From positions 32,320 to 96,319 of the forward strand of contig CAZASR010000001.1 of the NCBI GenBank assembly GCA_964487765.1: DNA of 64,000 bases. Direction: 5' to 3'. The notes beneath the pieces are model-generated. The model saw nothing but the letters and a program-made list of their open reading frames with translations. It was not told where the DNA came from and ran no database searches. Both the position numbers and the translations under genes were made by a program. Shown piece after piece: positions 49,109 through 59,170 of the stretch. The DNA comes from an uncultured Devosia sp. Lineage in GTDB: Bacteria > Pseudomonadota > Alphaproteobacteria > Rhizobiales > Devosiaceae. The stretch's first letter is position 1; every line of letters begins with the position of its first letter.

Positions 49109-49750
49109 TCAATGGGCCGCGAGATCTGCCTCGATGCGCCGTATCCATTCCGATGCCCACCGCGCCGCAGCAACCAGAACCGGCTTGGGTGACTCGAACC
49201 ATTCATCCGGCCTCAGCTCGCGGCGGCCGCGAACGTGATCGAGCGCAGCATCGAGTGTAGGAAACAGCTCGGGCATCTCGTGATGGAGGAACAACGACAC
49301 GAGGGCTACCGAGCGGCTGCGTCCACCGCGGCAGTTGACCAGCACATTGCCGCGCTCGCGCAGCGGATAGGATTCCTTCTCGGGCAGGATCTGCCGGAAA
49401 GCGCCCTGCAGCAGGTAGTAGCCGGCGAGCATCATCGTTTCGGGATTCCCCGCACCGTCGATCAGTCCGAGCTTGTAGTAGCGCACCGGGCCAAATCCGT
49501 GGTCGACCTGCGTCTCGCTCGCCTCGACCGCCGGGTTGGTGACGAAGTTGAAGTCGAGATTGACGGCGCAGTTGACCACCGTGGTGATGCCGTTCTCGCG
49601 CAGCAGCGCGATGTCGCTCGCCCCGTCGCTGCCGGAAATGAAGATGTCGACCCCGTATGGAACGACGTTCTCGAGAATCCGGCTGATCCGCGGGCGGGCA
49701 TGGCGTGGAGACTTGGTCGTCATCTGCCGGTCTTCGTGCTTCGTTTCCAT
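49109..49750 (-). CDS. Dual-specificity/PTP-fold (CX5R) phosphatase
   Basis: GITTVVNCA, LIDG and VLVNCRGGRSRS P-loop; alternative start MTTK. Confidence 0.85.
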   Translation of the reverse strand: METKHEDRQMTTKSPRHARPRISRILENVVPYGVDIFISGSDGASDIALLRENGITTVVNCAVNLDFNFVTNPAVEASETQVDHGFGPVRYYKLGLIDGAGNPETMMLAGYYLLQGAFRQILPEKESYPLRERGNVLVNCRGGRSRSVALVSLFLHHEMPELFPTLDAALDHVRGRRELRPDEWFESPKPVLVAAARWASEWIRRIEADLAAH

Positions 49751-49753
49751 GGG

Positions 49754-50596
49754 TCAGCTCGCCGATTGCAATGCGTAGCCTGACGCGAGTTCGATACCCG
49801 CCGCTGCGCTGATAGCCTGTGCGAGCGCCGGCGTCGAGGCGAGCACCGCGCCGCCCCGCTCGATTGCCCCTTGCTCGATGAATGGTGCGACGACCCCGCC
49901 TGCCTCCTCGACAAGCAGCAGGCCGGCCAGCGCATCCCACGGGTGCATGTGCAGCTCCACATAGCCGTCCGAACGGCCATCGGCCACATAGGCCAGACCC
50001 AGCGCACCCGATGCATTGCGCCGGATGTTGACGCCCATGTCGAGCATGCGCTCGAACGCGCTCAGATATTGGCTGCGCGGCACGCGCGTCGACCAGCCGA
50101 GCTCGACGCTCGCCGCCCGCGGGTCGCTGGTATCGGCGACGCGTATGCGCTTGCCGTCCTTCTCGGCGCCCTGCCCCCGCCGCGCCAGATAGAGTTCGTC
50201 GAGCACTGGATTGTAGATCGCGCCCAGCTCGGTGCGATTGCCGGCAACCAAGGCGATCGAGATACAGAAGTGCGGAATTCGTCGCGCGAAATTGGCCGTG
50301 CCGTCGATTGGGTCCACAACCCACAGATACGTCCCTGAACCGGCCGGGCCCGTCTCCTCACCGAGGAACCCGTCATCTGGAAACGCCTCGGCGAGGCGGG
50401 CACGCACGTGCTGCTCGACGGCGGCGTCCGCTTCCGTGAGAAAATCCTGCGGCCCCTTCAACACGATATCAGCAGCGCGGCGATGCACGAAGCCCTGCAG
50501 CGCCACCTCGCCGGCACTGCAGACAAGGTCCCGCAGCATAGTTTCGCGGCGGTCGAGGTCTGCCGGCGCCGGTGTCGTATCGATTGTCATAACCAT
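49754..50596 (-). CDS. Inositol monophosphatase family protein
   Basis: GEE, DPIDGTANF and PWDALAG. Confidence 0.9.
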   Translation of the reverse strand: MVMTIDTTPAPADLDRRETMLRDLVCSAGEVALQGFVHRRAADIVLKGPQDFLTEADAAVEQHVRARLAEAFPDDGFLGEETGPAGSGTYLWVVDPIDGTANFARRIPHFCISIALVAGNRTELGAIYNPVLDELYLARRGQGAEKDGKRIRVADTSDPRAASVELGWSTRVPRSQYLSAFERMLDMGVNIRRNASGALGLAYVADGRSDGYVELHMHPWDALAGLLLVEEAGGVVAPFIEQGAIERGGAVLASTPALAQAISAAAGIELASGYALQSAS

Positions 50597-50637
50597 GTCT
50601 TCGTCGTCGTTCGTAGAGTGCGGGCAATACGGTCGGA

Positions 50638-51519
50638 CTATCGTCCGACGGATCGTCTCTCGCGCCGCGCGGAAATTCCGGCCGTGACGCGGTCGAGCGT
50701 CGGATAATGCCCGCCACCGGCTACGGCCACATAGCCGGGGCAGAGGTGAGCGGGAGTGTTCGGCACGACCTTTCCCAGGGTCAGCGGCCGATACTCGCCG
50801 CCGGCCTGCCGCACGATCAGGGCGCCCGCTGCGATGTCCCAGGGATTGGCGCCGAAGCCTGCCGCCGCATCGACCCAGCCCGCCGCCACATGGCACAGGC
50901 TGAGCGCGCCACTGCCGGGACGCCGCAGGGTCGAGAACGCTTCGATGAGCTCACCCAGATCGGCAAGCGCCACTTCCCGCCCATCGAGGCGAAAGTCACG
51001 CATGACCGGATAGCCGGTGATCAGTGCCGCGCGCGCTTCCTCGGCCTTGCCCACCGAGCGCAAAGGCTCGTCCCCGAGCCAGGCGCCGGTGAGATCGGCC
51101 GAAAACATGTCGTCGGCGACCGGGTCATAGACGACCCCGGCCACCATCTGGTCGCCGATCACCGCGCCGATCGAGACACACCAGAACGCGAGGCCACATG
51201 CGAAATTCGAGGTACCGTCGATAGGATCGACGTACCATTTGATGGTTCCGCCTCCGGCCGTCCCTCCCTCTTCGCCGACGATCACGGAGTCCGGTTCCGC
51301 GGCCATGATATGCGCGCGGATCGTCGCCTCGCTCTGACGGTCGAATTCGGTCACCGGGTCGTGCAGGTCGACCTTGTAGTCAATGGCCATGCGTGAACGG
51401 AACGCCGCAAGTAGCGCCGGCGCAACTTTGAGCGCAGCGTCGCGCGCGATGATACGCAATAGCCTCGAGGTGGCGATGATGTCGGAGGTGGCAGGGGAGT
51501 CGAGATTGAGCATTTGCAC
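50638..51519 (-). CDS. Inositol monophosphatase family protein
   Basis: GEE, DPIDGTSNF and PWDIAAG. Confidence 0.9.
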   Translation of the reverse strand: MQMLNLDSPATSDIIATSRLLRIIARDAALKVAPALLAAFRSRMAIDYKVDLHDPVTEFDRQSEATIRAHIMAAEPDSVIVGEEGGTAGGGTIKWYVDPIDGTSNFACGLAFWCVSIGAVIGDQMVAGVVYDPVADDMFSADLTGAWLGDEPLRSVGKAEEARAALITGYPVMRDFRLDGREVALADLGELIEAFSTLRRPGSGALSLCHVAAGWVDAAAGFGANPWDIAAGALIVRQAGGEYRPLTLGKVVPNTPAHLCPGYVAVAGGGHYPTLDRVTAGISARRERRSVGR

Positions 51520-51532
51520 TTTCGGTTAGGTG

Positions 51533-51560
51533 GCGCTCCCGGCGGGAGGTCCGGGAGCGC
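51533..51560 (-). terminator. GC-rich hairpin after the SBP gene (mRNA-stabilising or attenuating stem)
   Basis: GCGCTCCCGG-cgggaggt-CCGGGAGCGC; no U-tract. Confidence 0.45.
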
Positions 51561-51599
51561 GGGAGAAGGAGCCGGCCGGCGCCGGCCCCTGATGCGGCG

Positions 51600-52724
51600 C
51601 TACTTGGTGTAGTTGACGCGCCAGAAGTCCTGCCAAGCCTCGCGGTTGTCCCAGTCGGCTTCTGCCGTCGAGGCATCATAGGGTTCGAGCTGGTCCCAGA
51701 GCGCGCCGACACCCGAGGGCTCGTCCTCGGGAAGCTCAAGCGACATATTGGACGAGCGCTTGCCGTCGACCGCCTGCGGTGCCCAGCCCTCTTCCGTCAG
51801 CAGATAGTGAATGAACAGCTTGGAGCTGTTCGGGCTGTCGGTGCCGGTGGCGATGAGCCCAACCTTTGAGGCGAGCCAGCCCGACCAGGGCTGCATGCCC
51901 TCGCAGATTCCGAGCTTGTAGCCCATGTCGGCATTGTTGCGGAATTTCGCCGAGCTGATGAGCGCCATGAATGGCTCCTTCTGCCCCGGCGCGCCGGCCG
52001 CGGCAGAAGCTTCGTCGTCGCTGCTGGTGAGCAGCGGCGCGTTCTGCGCGAGTGCCTTGACGAACGCCTTGGTCGCGCTGCCCGTATCGCTCGCCAGATC
52101 CTTGCCGTACAGCGCTTTGTAGGCAGCCGCCACTTGGTCGTCGCCGTGCGTCTCCATCTGGTTGAACCAGTCGTCATAGGTCGGTTTGCCCAGTGGATCC
52201 TGCATGGCGACCTTGCCCTTCCAGGCGGCCTCGGTCAGCTGCCAGATGTTAGTCACCGGACACTTGTCATAGACCTCTGTATTGTAGGCCCACACGCTCG
52301 CGTCGTTGCCCAATATCAGCGGGTTCTGGTACAGGGGCGGCACGGCATCGACCAGGTCAGGGGGCAGCCAGCTTTCGGCGAAGCCCTCGGGCAGCAACTG
52401 CGCGATGGCAGCCGGCGTATCGCTCAACACGATCACGTCAGCCTGCACATTGTTGGCCTGATGCTCGCGGATCACCATTTCGAGCGAGTCCGGCGCCTTG
52501 ATCTTGGTGCCAGTGGCCACGAGGCCGTACTTCTTGGAGAAGTTCTCGGCCTGCTCGACGATCTTGCCGGTGCTGTCATAGACATTGATCGGCGGCTCGG
52601 CCTTGGCGGCCGCGATCAGCGCGTCGAGGTTGAAATCCTCGGCGAGCACCGGAACCGTCGCCGCAAGTGCGGTAATGGCCGTGGCCGCGAGAAGCATCGA
52701 TAGCTTTTCGTGAAGTCTTGTCAT
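51600..52724 (-). CDS. Fe3+/AfuA-type ABC substrate-binding protein (paralog 2)
   Basis: Signal peptide, LIAAAKAE, WAYNTE and AAWKGKVAMQDP; GGAGGGGAG RBS. Confidence 0.85.
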   Translation of the reverse strand: MTRLHEKLSMLLAATAITALAATVPVLAEDFNLDALIAAAKAEPPINVYDSTGKIVEQAENFSKKYGLVATGTKIKAPDSLEMVIREHQANNVQADVIVLSDTPAAIAQLLPEGFAESWLPPDLVDAVPPLYQNPLILGNDASVWAYNTEVYDKCPVTNIWQLTEAAWKGKVAMQDPLGKPTYDDWFNQMETHGDDQVAAAYKALYGKDLASDTGSATKAFVKALAQNAPLLTSSDDEASAAAGAPGQKEPFMALISSAKFRNNADMGYKLGICEGMQPWSGWLASKVGLIATGTDSPNSSKLFIHYLLTEEGWAPQAVDGKRSSNMSLELPEDEPSGVGALWDQLEPYDASTAEADWDNREAWQDFWRVNYTK

Positions 52725-52789
52725 TCGGGTCTCCCCTCCCTTTCTTGATTTTGACGAGGACAGCCGGCCGGCGCCGGCTGCCCCATGCG

Positions 52790-53917
52790 TCAGCGCGTGT
52801 AGTTGATGCGCCAGAAATCCTGCCAGGCCTCGCGTGCATCCCAGTCGTCGAGCGCCGTCGACGCGTCGTACTGCTCGAGCTTGTCGAGCACCTCGCCGAT
52901 GCCGGAGGGCTCGTCGGCGGGCAGCGGGATGTCGGTGTTGGTGGGCAGCTTGCCGTCCACCGCCTGCGGCGCGATCCCTTCCGCCGTGAGCACATAGTGG
53001 ACGAACAGCTTCGCCGCGTTCGGGCTCTTGGTGCCCGAAGCGATCAGCGCGAGCTTGGTGTAGGTCCAGCCCGGCCACGGCCCGAGGTCCTTGCACAGCC
53101 CGAGCTTGTAGCCTTTGTCGGCATTGTCGCGGAACTTGGCTGAGCTCAGGAGCCCGAAGAACGGCATCTTCTGCCCCGGCGCCCCAACCGCTTCCGAGAT
53201 CGGATCGTCGCCGTCGGCGAGCAGCGGGCCATTGGCGGCGAAGGCCTTGACCCAGGCCTTGGTCGCACTGTCCTCGTCCGTGACGAGATCGGCACCAAAG
53301 GTGTCCTTGTACGCGGCACGCATGACGTCGTCGTCGTGCGTCTGCATCTGGTTGAACCAGTCGGGATAAGTGCCCTTGCGCAGCGGATCGTAGAACGCCA
53401 CCTTGCCCGACCATTCGGGCTTGGTGAGCTCCCACAGATTCTTTACCGGGCAGCTATCATAGACCTCGGTGTTGTACGCCCACACGCTCGCATTGGTGGT
53501 GATCGCCAACGGATCGTGGAACTGCGCTGGGATTTTCTCGGCCATGTCCGGTGGCAGCCAACTATAAACGAACTTCTCGGGCAGCAACTGCGCGACGGCT
53601 GCGGGCGTGTCGGTCAGGAGCACGACGTCGCCCTGGATATTCCCCGCCTGCGCCTCGCGAATGATCAGCTCGAGTTGGTCGGACGCCGACACCTTGATGC
53701 CGGTCGCTTGCACGCCGTAGGCCCTGGTGAAGTTCTCGGCCATTTCGACGATCTTGCCGGTGCTGTCGTAGATGTTGATCGGCGCCTCCTGCTTGGCCGC
53801 CGCGATCAACGCGTCGAGATCGAAATCTTGCGCCTCAACCACAACTGGTGCAGCCAGCACCAGAACCGCTACCGCCGCGCCGCTAACCGCGCTCATTGCT
53901 TTTCTTGTCATCGTCAC
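52790..53917 (-). CDS. Fe3+/AfuA-type ABC substrate-binding protein (paralog 1)
   Basis: Clearly similar to 51600-52724 throughout; signal peptide. Confidence 0.85.
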   Translation of the reverse strand: MTMTRKAMSAVSGAAVAVLVLAAPVVVEAQDFDLDALIAAAKQEAPINIYDSTGKIVEMAENFTRAYGVQATGIKVSASDQLELIIREAQAGNIQGDVVLLTDTPAAVAQLLPEKFVYSWLPPDMAEKIPAQFHDPLAITTNASVWAYNTEVYDSCPVKNLWELTKPEWSGKVAFYDPLRKGTYPDWFNQMQTHDDDVMRAAYKDTFGADLVTDEDSATKAWVKAFAANGPLLADGDDPISEAVGAPGQKMPFFGLLSSAKFRDNADKGYKLGLCKDLGPWPGWTYTKLALIASGTKSPNAAKLFVHYVLTAEGIAPQAVDGKLPTNTDIPLPADEPSGIGEVLDKLEQYDASTALDDWDAREAWQDFWRINYTR

Positions 53918-53952
53918 GTGTTCCCCTCCTTGTTGTGTTGCGGCTAGTGCCG

Positions 53953-55083
53953 TCAGTTCACCTTTGCCGGCCGTAACAGCCGGTCGGCCGCGGCGAGCCG
54001 TTCACCGCGTTTGTCGAAGACATGCAAAGCCTTGGGCTTGATCCAGAGGATCGCGTCGGTACCGGGTGTCAGCTCCGGCGCCTCGTGCATCACCTGGAAG
54101 ATCTTCTCTGCGCCGATGCGGAGTTCGATGATCCAGCTGCCGCCGGTGGGCAGGATGCCAGTGACTTTCGCGGGCAGCCGGAACGCATTGGCCGCGACGT
54201 CGCTCTCGCTCGTCGCGATCCGCAGAGCCTCGGGGCGCACTCCGACCGAGCCAACGTCGCCCAACTCGGGGTAGGACGTTTCGAGGTATGCACGCATCGC
54301 AGAAGCCAGCGGCACTGTGGCCGTTGCGGTCTCGATGATGTTGATAGGGGGGCTGCCGACGAACTCGGCGACGAACCTGTTGGCCGGCCGGTCGTAGATG
54401 TCGTTGGGCGTTCCGACCTGCTGCAGACGGCCTTCGCTCATCACCGCAATTGTCGTCGCCAGCGTCATCGCCTCCCACTGATCGTGCGTGACGAAGACGA
54501 TCGTGGTTTTGAACTCTTCGTGGATGCGCTTGAGCTCGGCGCGCATCTCGAGGCGCAACCGCGCATCGAGATTGCTGAGCGGTTCGTCGAGCAACAGCAC
54601 TTCGGGATTGACCGCGAGCATGCGAGCAAGGGCCACCCGCTGCTGCTGGCCGCCCGAGAGCTGCGAAGGGTACCGGGTGCGGTACTGCTCGATCCCCAGA
54701 GCCTGCATCACCTTGGTGACGCGCTCCTCGCGTTCGGCCTTGGGCATCTTGCGCAAACGCAGCCCGAAATCGGTGTTGCGCTCGATGGTCAGATGCGGCC
54801 AGAGGGCATAGCTCTGAAACACCAGTCCCATCTCACGGCGTTCCGCCGGCACGAACACACCGGAGGCGACCGAGTCCACCTTGCGGGCGCCGACCTGGAT
54901 TTCGCCGTCGGTGAGATGCTCAAGGCCGGCGATCATGCGCAGCGTTGTGGTCTTGCCGCAGCCTGAGGGACCGAGGAGGCACATGAACTCGCCGTCCCCG
55001 ATTTCGAGGTCGAGCGCGCTCACCGCATTGGCGGCCGCGGCCCCGTAGTTCTTCTCGACGTTTCGCAATGTGATCGTGGGCAT
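53953..55083 (-). CDS. ABC transporter ATP-binding protein (FbpC/PotA-like)
   Basis: GPSGCGKT, LSGGQQQR, LLLDEP and VTHDQ. Confidence 0.93.
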   Translation of the reverse strand: MPTITLRNVEKNYGAAAANAVSALDLEIGDGEFMCLLGPSGCGKTTTLRMIAGLEHLTDGEIQVGARKVDSVASGVFVPAERREMGLVFQSYALWPHLTIERNTDFGLRLRKMPKAEREERVTKVMQALGIEQYRTRYPSQLSGGQQQRVALARMLAVNPEVLLLDEPLSNLDARLRLEMRAELKRIHEEFKTTIVFVTHDQWEAMTLATTIAVMSEGRLQQVGTPNDIYDRPANRFVAEFVGSPPINIIETATATVPLASAMRAYLETSYPELGDVGSVGVRPEALRIATSESDVAANAFRLPAKVTGILPTGGSWIIELRIGAEKIFQVMHEAPELTPGTDAILWIKPKALHVFDKRGERLAAADRLLRPAKVN

Positions 55084-55084
55084 G

Positions 55085-56941
55085 TCAGCCACCAAGTCCT
55101 TCTGCCAGATTGCTCTTGGTCAGTTTTTGTCCGAGCAGGGTGCCGAAATAGGCGATCGCAGCGATGATCAGCACGACCGCATTGGCCGCCTGCGTGTAGT
55201 GATAGTCGACGAGCCGCAGCGAGAACGTCGTGAGCACATCGGTACTGGGCACCGCAAGGATGACGAAGAGGCTCAACCCCTTCATGCCGGAGATGAACGG
55301 CAACAGGATGCCTGTCGTGAGCGAGCCGCGCTGGATCGGCACCACGACGCTGATCATGCGCCGGAACCAACCCGCGCCCACGACCTGCGCCGCCTCCTCG
55401 GGATCCTTGCCCAATTGCATCATGGCCGAAATGCCGGCTCGCGAGGCGTAGGGCATCTGGTCGGCGACCAGCGCCAGCAGCAGAATGAACGCCGTTCCAT
55501 AAAGTGCGGGAATCGGGCCGCGCGGAACCGCGAACAGCGAGAGGTAGGCTGTCGCGAACGCGATACCCGGTACCAGGTAGGGCAGGAACGTCACCTGCCG
55601 CAAGAACGTGGCGAGCGGCCGGATCGGCGTGCGTGCAACCACGTAGCCGACGAGCAGGCCCAGCAGCCCTGAGACGATGGATGCGCTGCCTACGATCCAG
55701 AGGCTGTTCCACGCCGCCGCCCACAGGTCCGGCGATAGCAGGATGCCGGTCTGCAGCGCCACGGTGTTGAGGTCGCGACCGATCCAGAAATCGAGCGTGA
55801 AGTTGCTCAGCGAGAAGTTTGCCGGCTGCCGCATGATCGTCGACAGCAGGAGCGTCAGCAGCGGCAGGCCGACGCTGACGAAGAAGATGAAGAACGCGAG
55901 CACGGTCGCCGGCACGCGGAGAAAGCCCAGTTGCGTAAGCCGGTTCATCGACCCTTTCGAGCCGATGGTGACGAACCGCCGCGCTTCCTTGACCAGCTTG
56001 GCGTCGATGAGCAGCGAAGCGATGCCGATCAACATGATCGAGCCGGCAAGCACCGCGGCGACGCCCGTGTGCCGCGACGAGATGTTGCGATAGAGCGAGG
56101 TCGACAACACGTCGAAGTTGACCGGCAGGCCGAGCACATAGGGCACGCCGAACTCGCCCAGCGCCTTGGCAAAAATCAGGATCGTCGCCGACATCAGCGA
56201 GGGCAGCATGAGCGGCAGGATGATCTTGAATGCCACGGTGCGGCCACTCGCGCCGAGGATGCGCGCCGAGTCGTCGAGCTGCGAGTCGAAGCGCCGCAGC
56301 GCGTTGCCGAGCAAGAGGATGACGAACGGCGCGTAGTGCAGCGACAGGATGATGATGATGGGCACCTGCCCATAGGCCAGCCAATCGGGCGGGCTGAACC
56401 CCATTGCCTCGAACCAGCCTAGCTGGCCGCCGATCGTGCGGTTCTTGAACAGCGTCGTCCAGGCGAGCGCGAAGGTCCACGCGGGTAGCATGTAGGGTAC
56501 GATCAGCGCCGTCGCGAGCCAGCGCCGCGCCAGCATGTTGGTGCGCGCGAGAAGCCACGCCATCGTACCGCCGATCATGACGGCCAGCACGATCGCGCCG
56601 ACCGCATTGACCAGCGTGTTGACGAGCGGCTGCCAGAACAGGTCCGACGAGATCAGCGACGCGAATGTGCGCGTCAAATAATAGAGCGTGGGGCTGCCGA
56701 CCGGTGCGCCCGCTTTGCGCGCCTCGCCGAACTGGACGAGCACCGCATCAGTGAGCATCGAGAACACGGGCACGACGATCAAATAGACGAACACCAGCGC
56801 GGCGATGATGCCGATGATCGTAGTCGGTTCGCTCAGCGCCAGCCGCATTTTGTAGCGGAAGCGCTGCCCCCGCGAGCGGGCGGCCGCGCCCTGCGCCGCA
56901 TCTGCCGGCACGGTCGCTGTCTCCGGCGTGAGGGCGCTCAT
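55085..56941 (-). CDS. Fused double ABC permease (FbpB/AfuB-like)
   Basis: Two EAA loops (DDSARILGAS, EEAAQVVGAG) and about 12 TM segments. Confidence 0.9.
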   Translation of the reverse strand: MSALTPETATVPADAAQGAAARSRGQRFRYKMRLALSEPTTIIGIIAALVFVYLIVVPVFSMLTDAVLVQFGEARKAGAPVGSPTLYYLTRTFASLISSDLFWQPLVNTLVNAVGAIVLAVMIGGTMAWLLARTNMLARRWLATALIVPYMLPAWTFALAWTTLFKNRTIGGQLGWFEAMGFSPPDWLAYGQVPIIIILSLHYAPFVILLLGNALRRFDSQLDDSARILGASGRTVAFKIILPLMLPSLMSATILIFAKALGEFGVPYVLGLPVNFDVLSTSLYRNISSRHTGVAAVLAGSIMLIGIASLLIDAKLVKEARRFVTIGSKGSMNRLTQLGFLRVPATVLAFFIFFVSVGLPLLTLLLSTIMRQPANFSLSNFTLDFWIGRDLNTVALQTGILLSPDLWAAAWNSLWIVGSASIVSGLLGLLVGYVVARTPIRPLATFLRQVTFLPYLVPGIAFATAYLSLFAVPRGPIPALYGTAFILLLALVADQMPYASRAGISAMMQLGKDPEEAAQVVGAGWFRRMISVVVPIQRGSLTTGILLPFISGMKGLSLFVILAVPSTDVLTTFSLRLVDYHYTQAANAVVLIIAAIAYFGTLLGQKLTKSNLAEGLGG

Positions 56942-57133
56942 GCCGTTCCCTCGCCGCACCACAAATCGGCGTGCCGATGCACGTATCCGTTCAACCTTGC
57001 ATCCTCCTCGCGTCAGCGGGTTGCAGCTGACTTTGGGCTTGCGAAGCGGCCGGCCTCCAACCGGCGCGACCTCGCTGCCAGGACCGACTGTTTCATGGCC
57101 CGAGCCGTCACGTCAATCCGGAATCTGAAAAGA

Positions 57134-57149
57134 TTGCACGTGCGTGCAA
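57134..57149. promoter_or_regulatory. Putative LacI operator TTGCACGTGCGTGCAA
   Basis: TGCAC-N4-GTGCA palindrome upstream of the ABC operon. Confidence 0.6.
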
Positions 57150-57246
57150 GAGCAACATCAACTCACTGGAGGTGCTGCACTTCCACAAATCATTGGAAGT
57201 TTAGGTGTATCACGCCATTGACTCGATAGACTGGTCATGCCCATTT

Positions 57247-57262
57247 CTGCACGCGGTTGCAG
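57247..57262. promoter_or_regulatory. Putative LacI operator CTGCACGCGGTTGCAG
   Basis: Core identical to 45768-45781; lies just upstream of the phytase. Confidence 0.65.
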
Positions 57263-57298
57263 CGTATTTCGAACTGCACTTTTCCTGGGAGGAATCAG

Positions 57299-58642
57299 AT
57301 GATCCGCACGACCAACCGACGAAACCGGAGAGCCCCGCGGCTCGCACTTTCACTCGTCGCCGGCGCGCTCTTGGACACCGCGCTCCCCACGCTCGCCGCC
57401 GACGGCTGGGTGGTGAACGACGTCGCGCCGACACTGCAGACTCCGGCCCTGACCGCGGAAGACCACGACGCCAACGCCGACGATCCTAGCCTCTATGTCG
57501 ACGCGGCCGACCCGGCCCGCAGCTTCGTCACCACTGCCGCCAAGGAGGGTGGCATCCGCGTCTACGGTCTCGACGGCATGCTCCGCCAAAGCATCCTCTG
57601 CGTGGAGGATGGGCGCATCAACAACGTCGACGTCGTCTATGGCTTCCCGTTCGCCGACGGCACGCGCGCCGACCTCGTCGTCGCCTCTGATCGCGGCCTC
57701 GACATTATCCGAATCTATCGGATCGATGCATCAGCCGCCGAGCCCTTGACCGAAATCACGGACGAGTCGCGCGCCTTCCCGCAACGGCCGACCCTCGATG
57801 GCAAGGGAACAGAGGACAACCCCGTCGACGATCAGGCGACGGTCTACGGTCTCACCGCCTGGCATGATGCCGCCTCGGACACGACGTGGGTCGTTGGCAC
57901 GCAGCGCCACCAGCCAGTCGTGGGCGTATTCCGCCTCGAAGCCCGTGACGGTGGCAAGGTCGGCGCGGTGCTCGATCACGACTTCCGCGCCCCCACCACA
58001 CATATGGGCCAGGACCTCTGGCAGGAGAGCGATGAGGACGCGCTCAAGGACTTCAGCCCGCAGTTCGAGGGCGTCGTCATCGACCATACGACCGGCATCA
58101 TCTATGCCGGCCAGGAGGATGTCGGCATCTGGCGTGTCGCGTTGAGCGGCGGCGACCCCGTCCTCGCCTATGAGACGCGCGGCGCGTCGACCTCGAGCTT
58201 CTTCAACCCGGACAGCGTGATCACGCGCGACGTCGAGGGCCTGTCGATCTACTACGCGGCTGACGGGACCCGTTACCTCCTCGCCTCCAGCCAGGGCGGC
58301 GCCCATGGCGAGCCGCCCGTCACGCAGGACCCACCCTATGACGACAGCTTCGCCGTCTTCGGTATCGGCGATGAGTTGACGCTGCGCGGCTCCTTCCGCG
58401 TCGCGGCAGTTGGCGACATCGATGCGGTCCAGGAGAGCGACGGTGCCGACGTGACCTCGGTCGGCCTGCCGAACTTCCCCAACGGCGTATTCATCACGCA
58501 GGACGGCTACGCCGCCGACCTCAACAACCTCGACGGCGAGACCGAGTCGACGAATTTCAAATACGTCGACTGGGCAACGATTGCCGCGACCTTCGATCCG
58601 CCGCTGGAGGTCACGCCCTCGGGCTGGGATCCGCGCAAGTAG
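57299..58642 (+). CDS. Secreted beta-propeller phytase (3-phytase)
   Basis: ADDP, GRINNVDV, YG, EG, DVEGLSIY, QDG and NFK motifs; Arg-rich signal peptide. Confidence 0.85.
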   Translation: MIRTTNRRNRRAPRLALSLVAGALLDTALPTLAADGWVVNDVAPTLQTPALTAEDHDANADDPSLYVDAADPARSFVTTAAKEGGIRVYGLDGMLRQSILCVEDGRINNVDVVYGFPFADGTRADLVVASDRGLDIIRIYRIDASAAEPLTEITDESRAFPQRPTLDGKGTEDNPVDDQATVYGLTAWHDAASDTTWVVGTQRHQPVVGVFRLEARDGGKVGAVLDHDFRAPTTHMGQDLWQESDEDALKDFSPQFEGVVIDHTTGIIYAGQEDVGIWRVALSGGDPVLAYETRGASTSSFFNPDSVITRDVEGLSIYYAADGTRYLLASSQGGAHGEPPVTQDPPYDDSFAVFGIGDELTLRGSFRVAAVGDIDAVQESDGADVTSVGLPNFPNGVFITQDGYAADLNNLDGETESTNFKYVDWATIAATFDPPLEVTPSGWDPRK

Positions 58643-58784
58643 CGCACAACGGCGCGGCGGTTCACTGCCGCGCCGCCAACAACTCGTTCCCGTTCGTGAA
58701 ATGGAAATTTCGAACTTGGCTTGGACGGAATACTCTTGCTGAGTGACGGCGAGCCGCTGCATAGCGGGAACAGGAACTCATGCC

Positions 58785-59170
58785 TTGAGCGACACCACCG
58801 AGTTGCCGCCCCGCGATTTTGACGCCCTTCGCACGGCGATCCTCGCTCGCAAGGCGACGCTGCCCAAGCGCCTGTCGCAGGTCGCGGCCTACGCCCTCGA
58901 CAATCCCGAAGAGATGGCCTTCGCCACCACTGCTATCATCGCCACAGCCGCCGCGGTGCAGCCCTCGACGCTGGTACGTTTTGCGCAGCAGTTCGGCTTC
59001 GACGGCTTTTCGAGCCTGCAGCAACTGTTCCGCGCCCGGCTCCGCGAACGTAATTCGACCTACGAGGACCGCCTCCGCCTCGTCCGGGAGGGTAGTGCTG
59101 GGACGGCGCAGAGCGCCGGCGTCCTGCACGGATTTATCGAGGCCGGGCATCGCTCCCTCGACGCGTTGCG
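58785..59170 (+). pseudogene. iolR: RpiR/IolR-type regulator: HTH intact, SIS domain lost
   Basis: LPKRLSQVAAYAL...VQPSTLVRFAQQFGFDGFSSLQ; homology ends at HRSLDAL. Confidence 0.7.

Noticed and set aside
51600-53435. N-terminal extensions in the ORF track (also 645-2327, 29202-30593, 42152-44050, 13823-15697, 49754-50896)
   Set aside because: The extensions overlap neighbouring genes; the true starts lie downstream where homology begins, often with an RBS.
57085-57115. Possible PHO box upstream of the phytase/ABC genes
   Set aside because: The TGTCAT-like half-sites are degenerate and not at 11-bp periodicity.
57180-57199. Palindrome CTTCCA-N8-TGGAAG
   Set aside because: Single occurrence with inverted polarity relative to the IolR motif; cannot be assigned.
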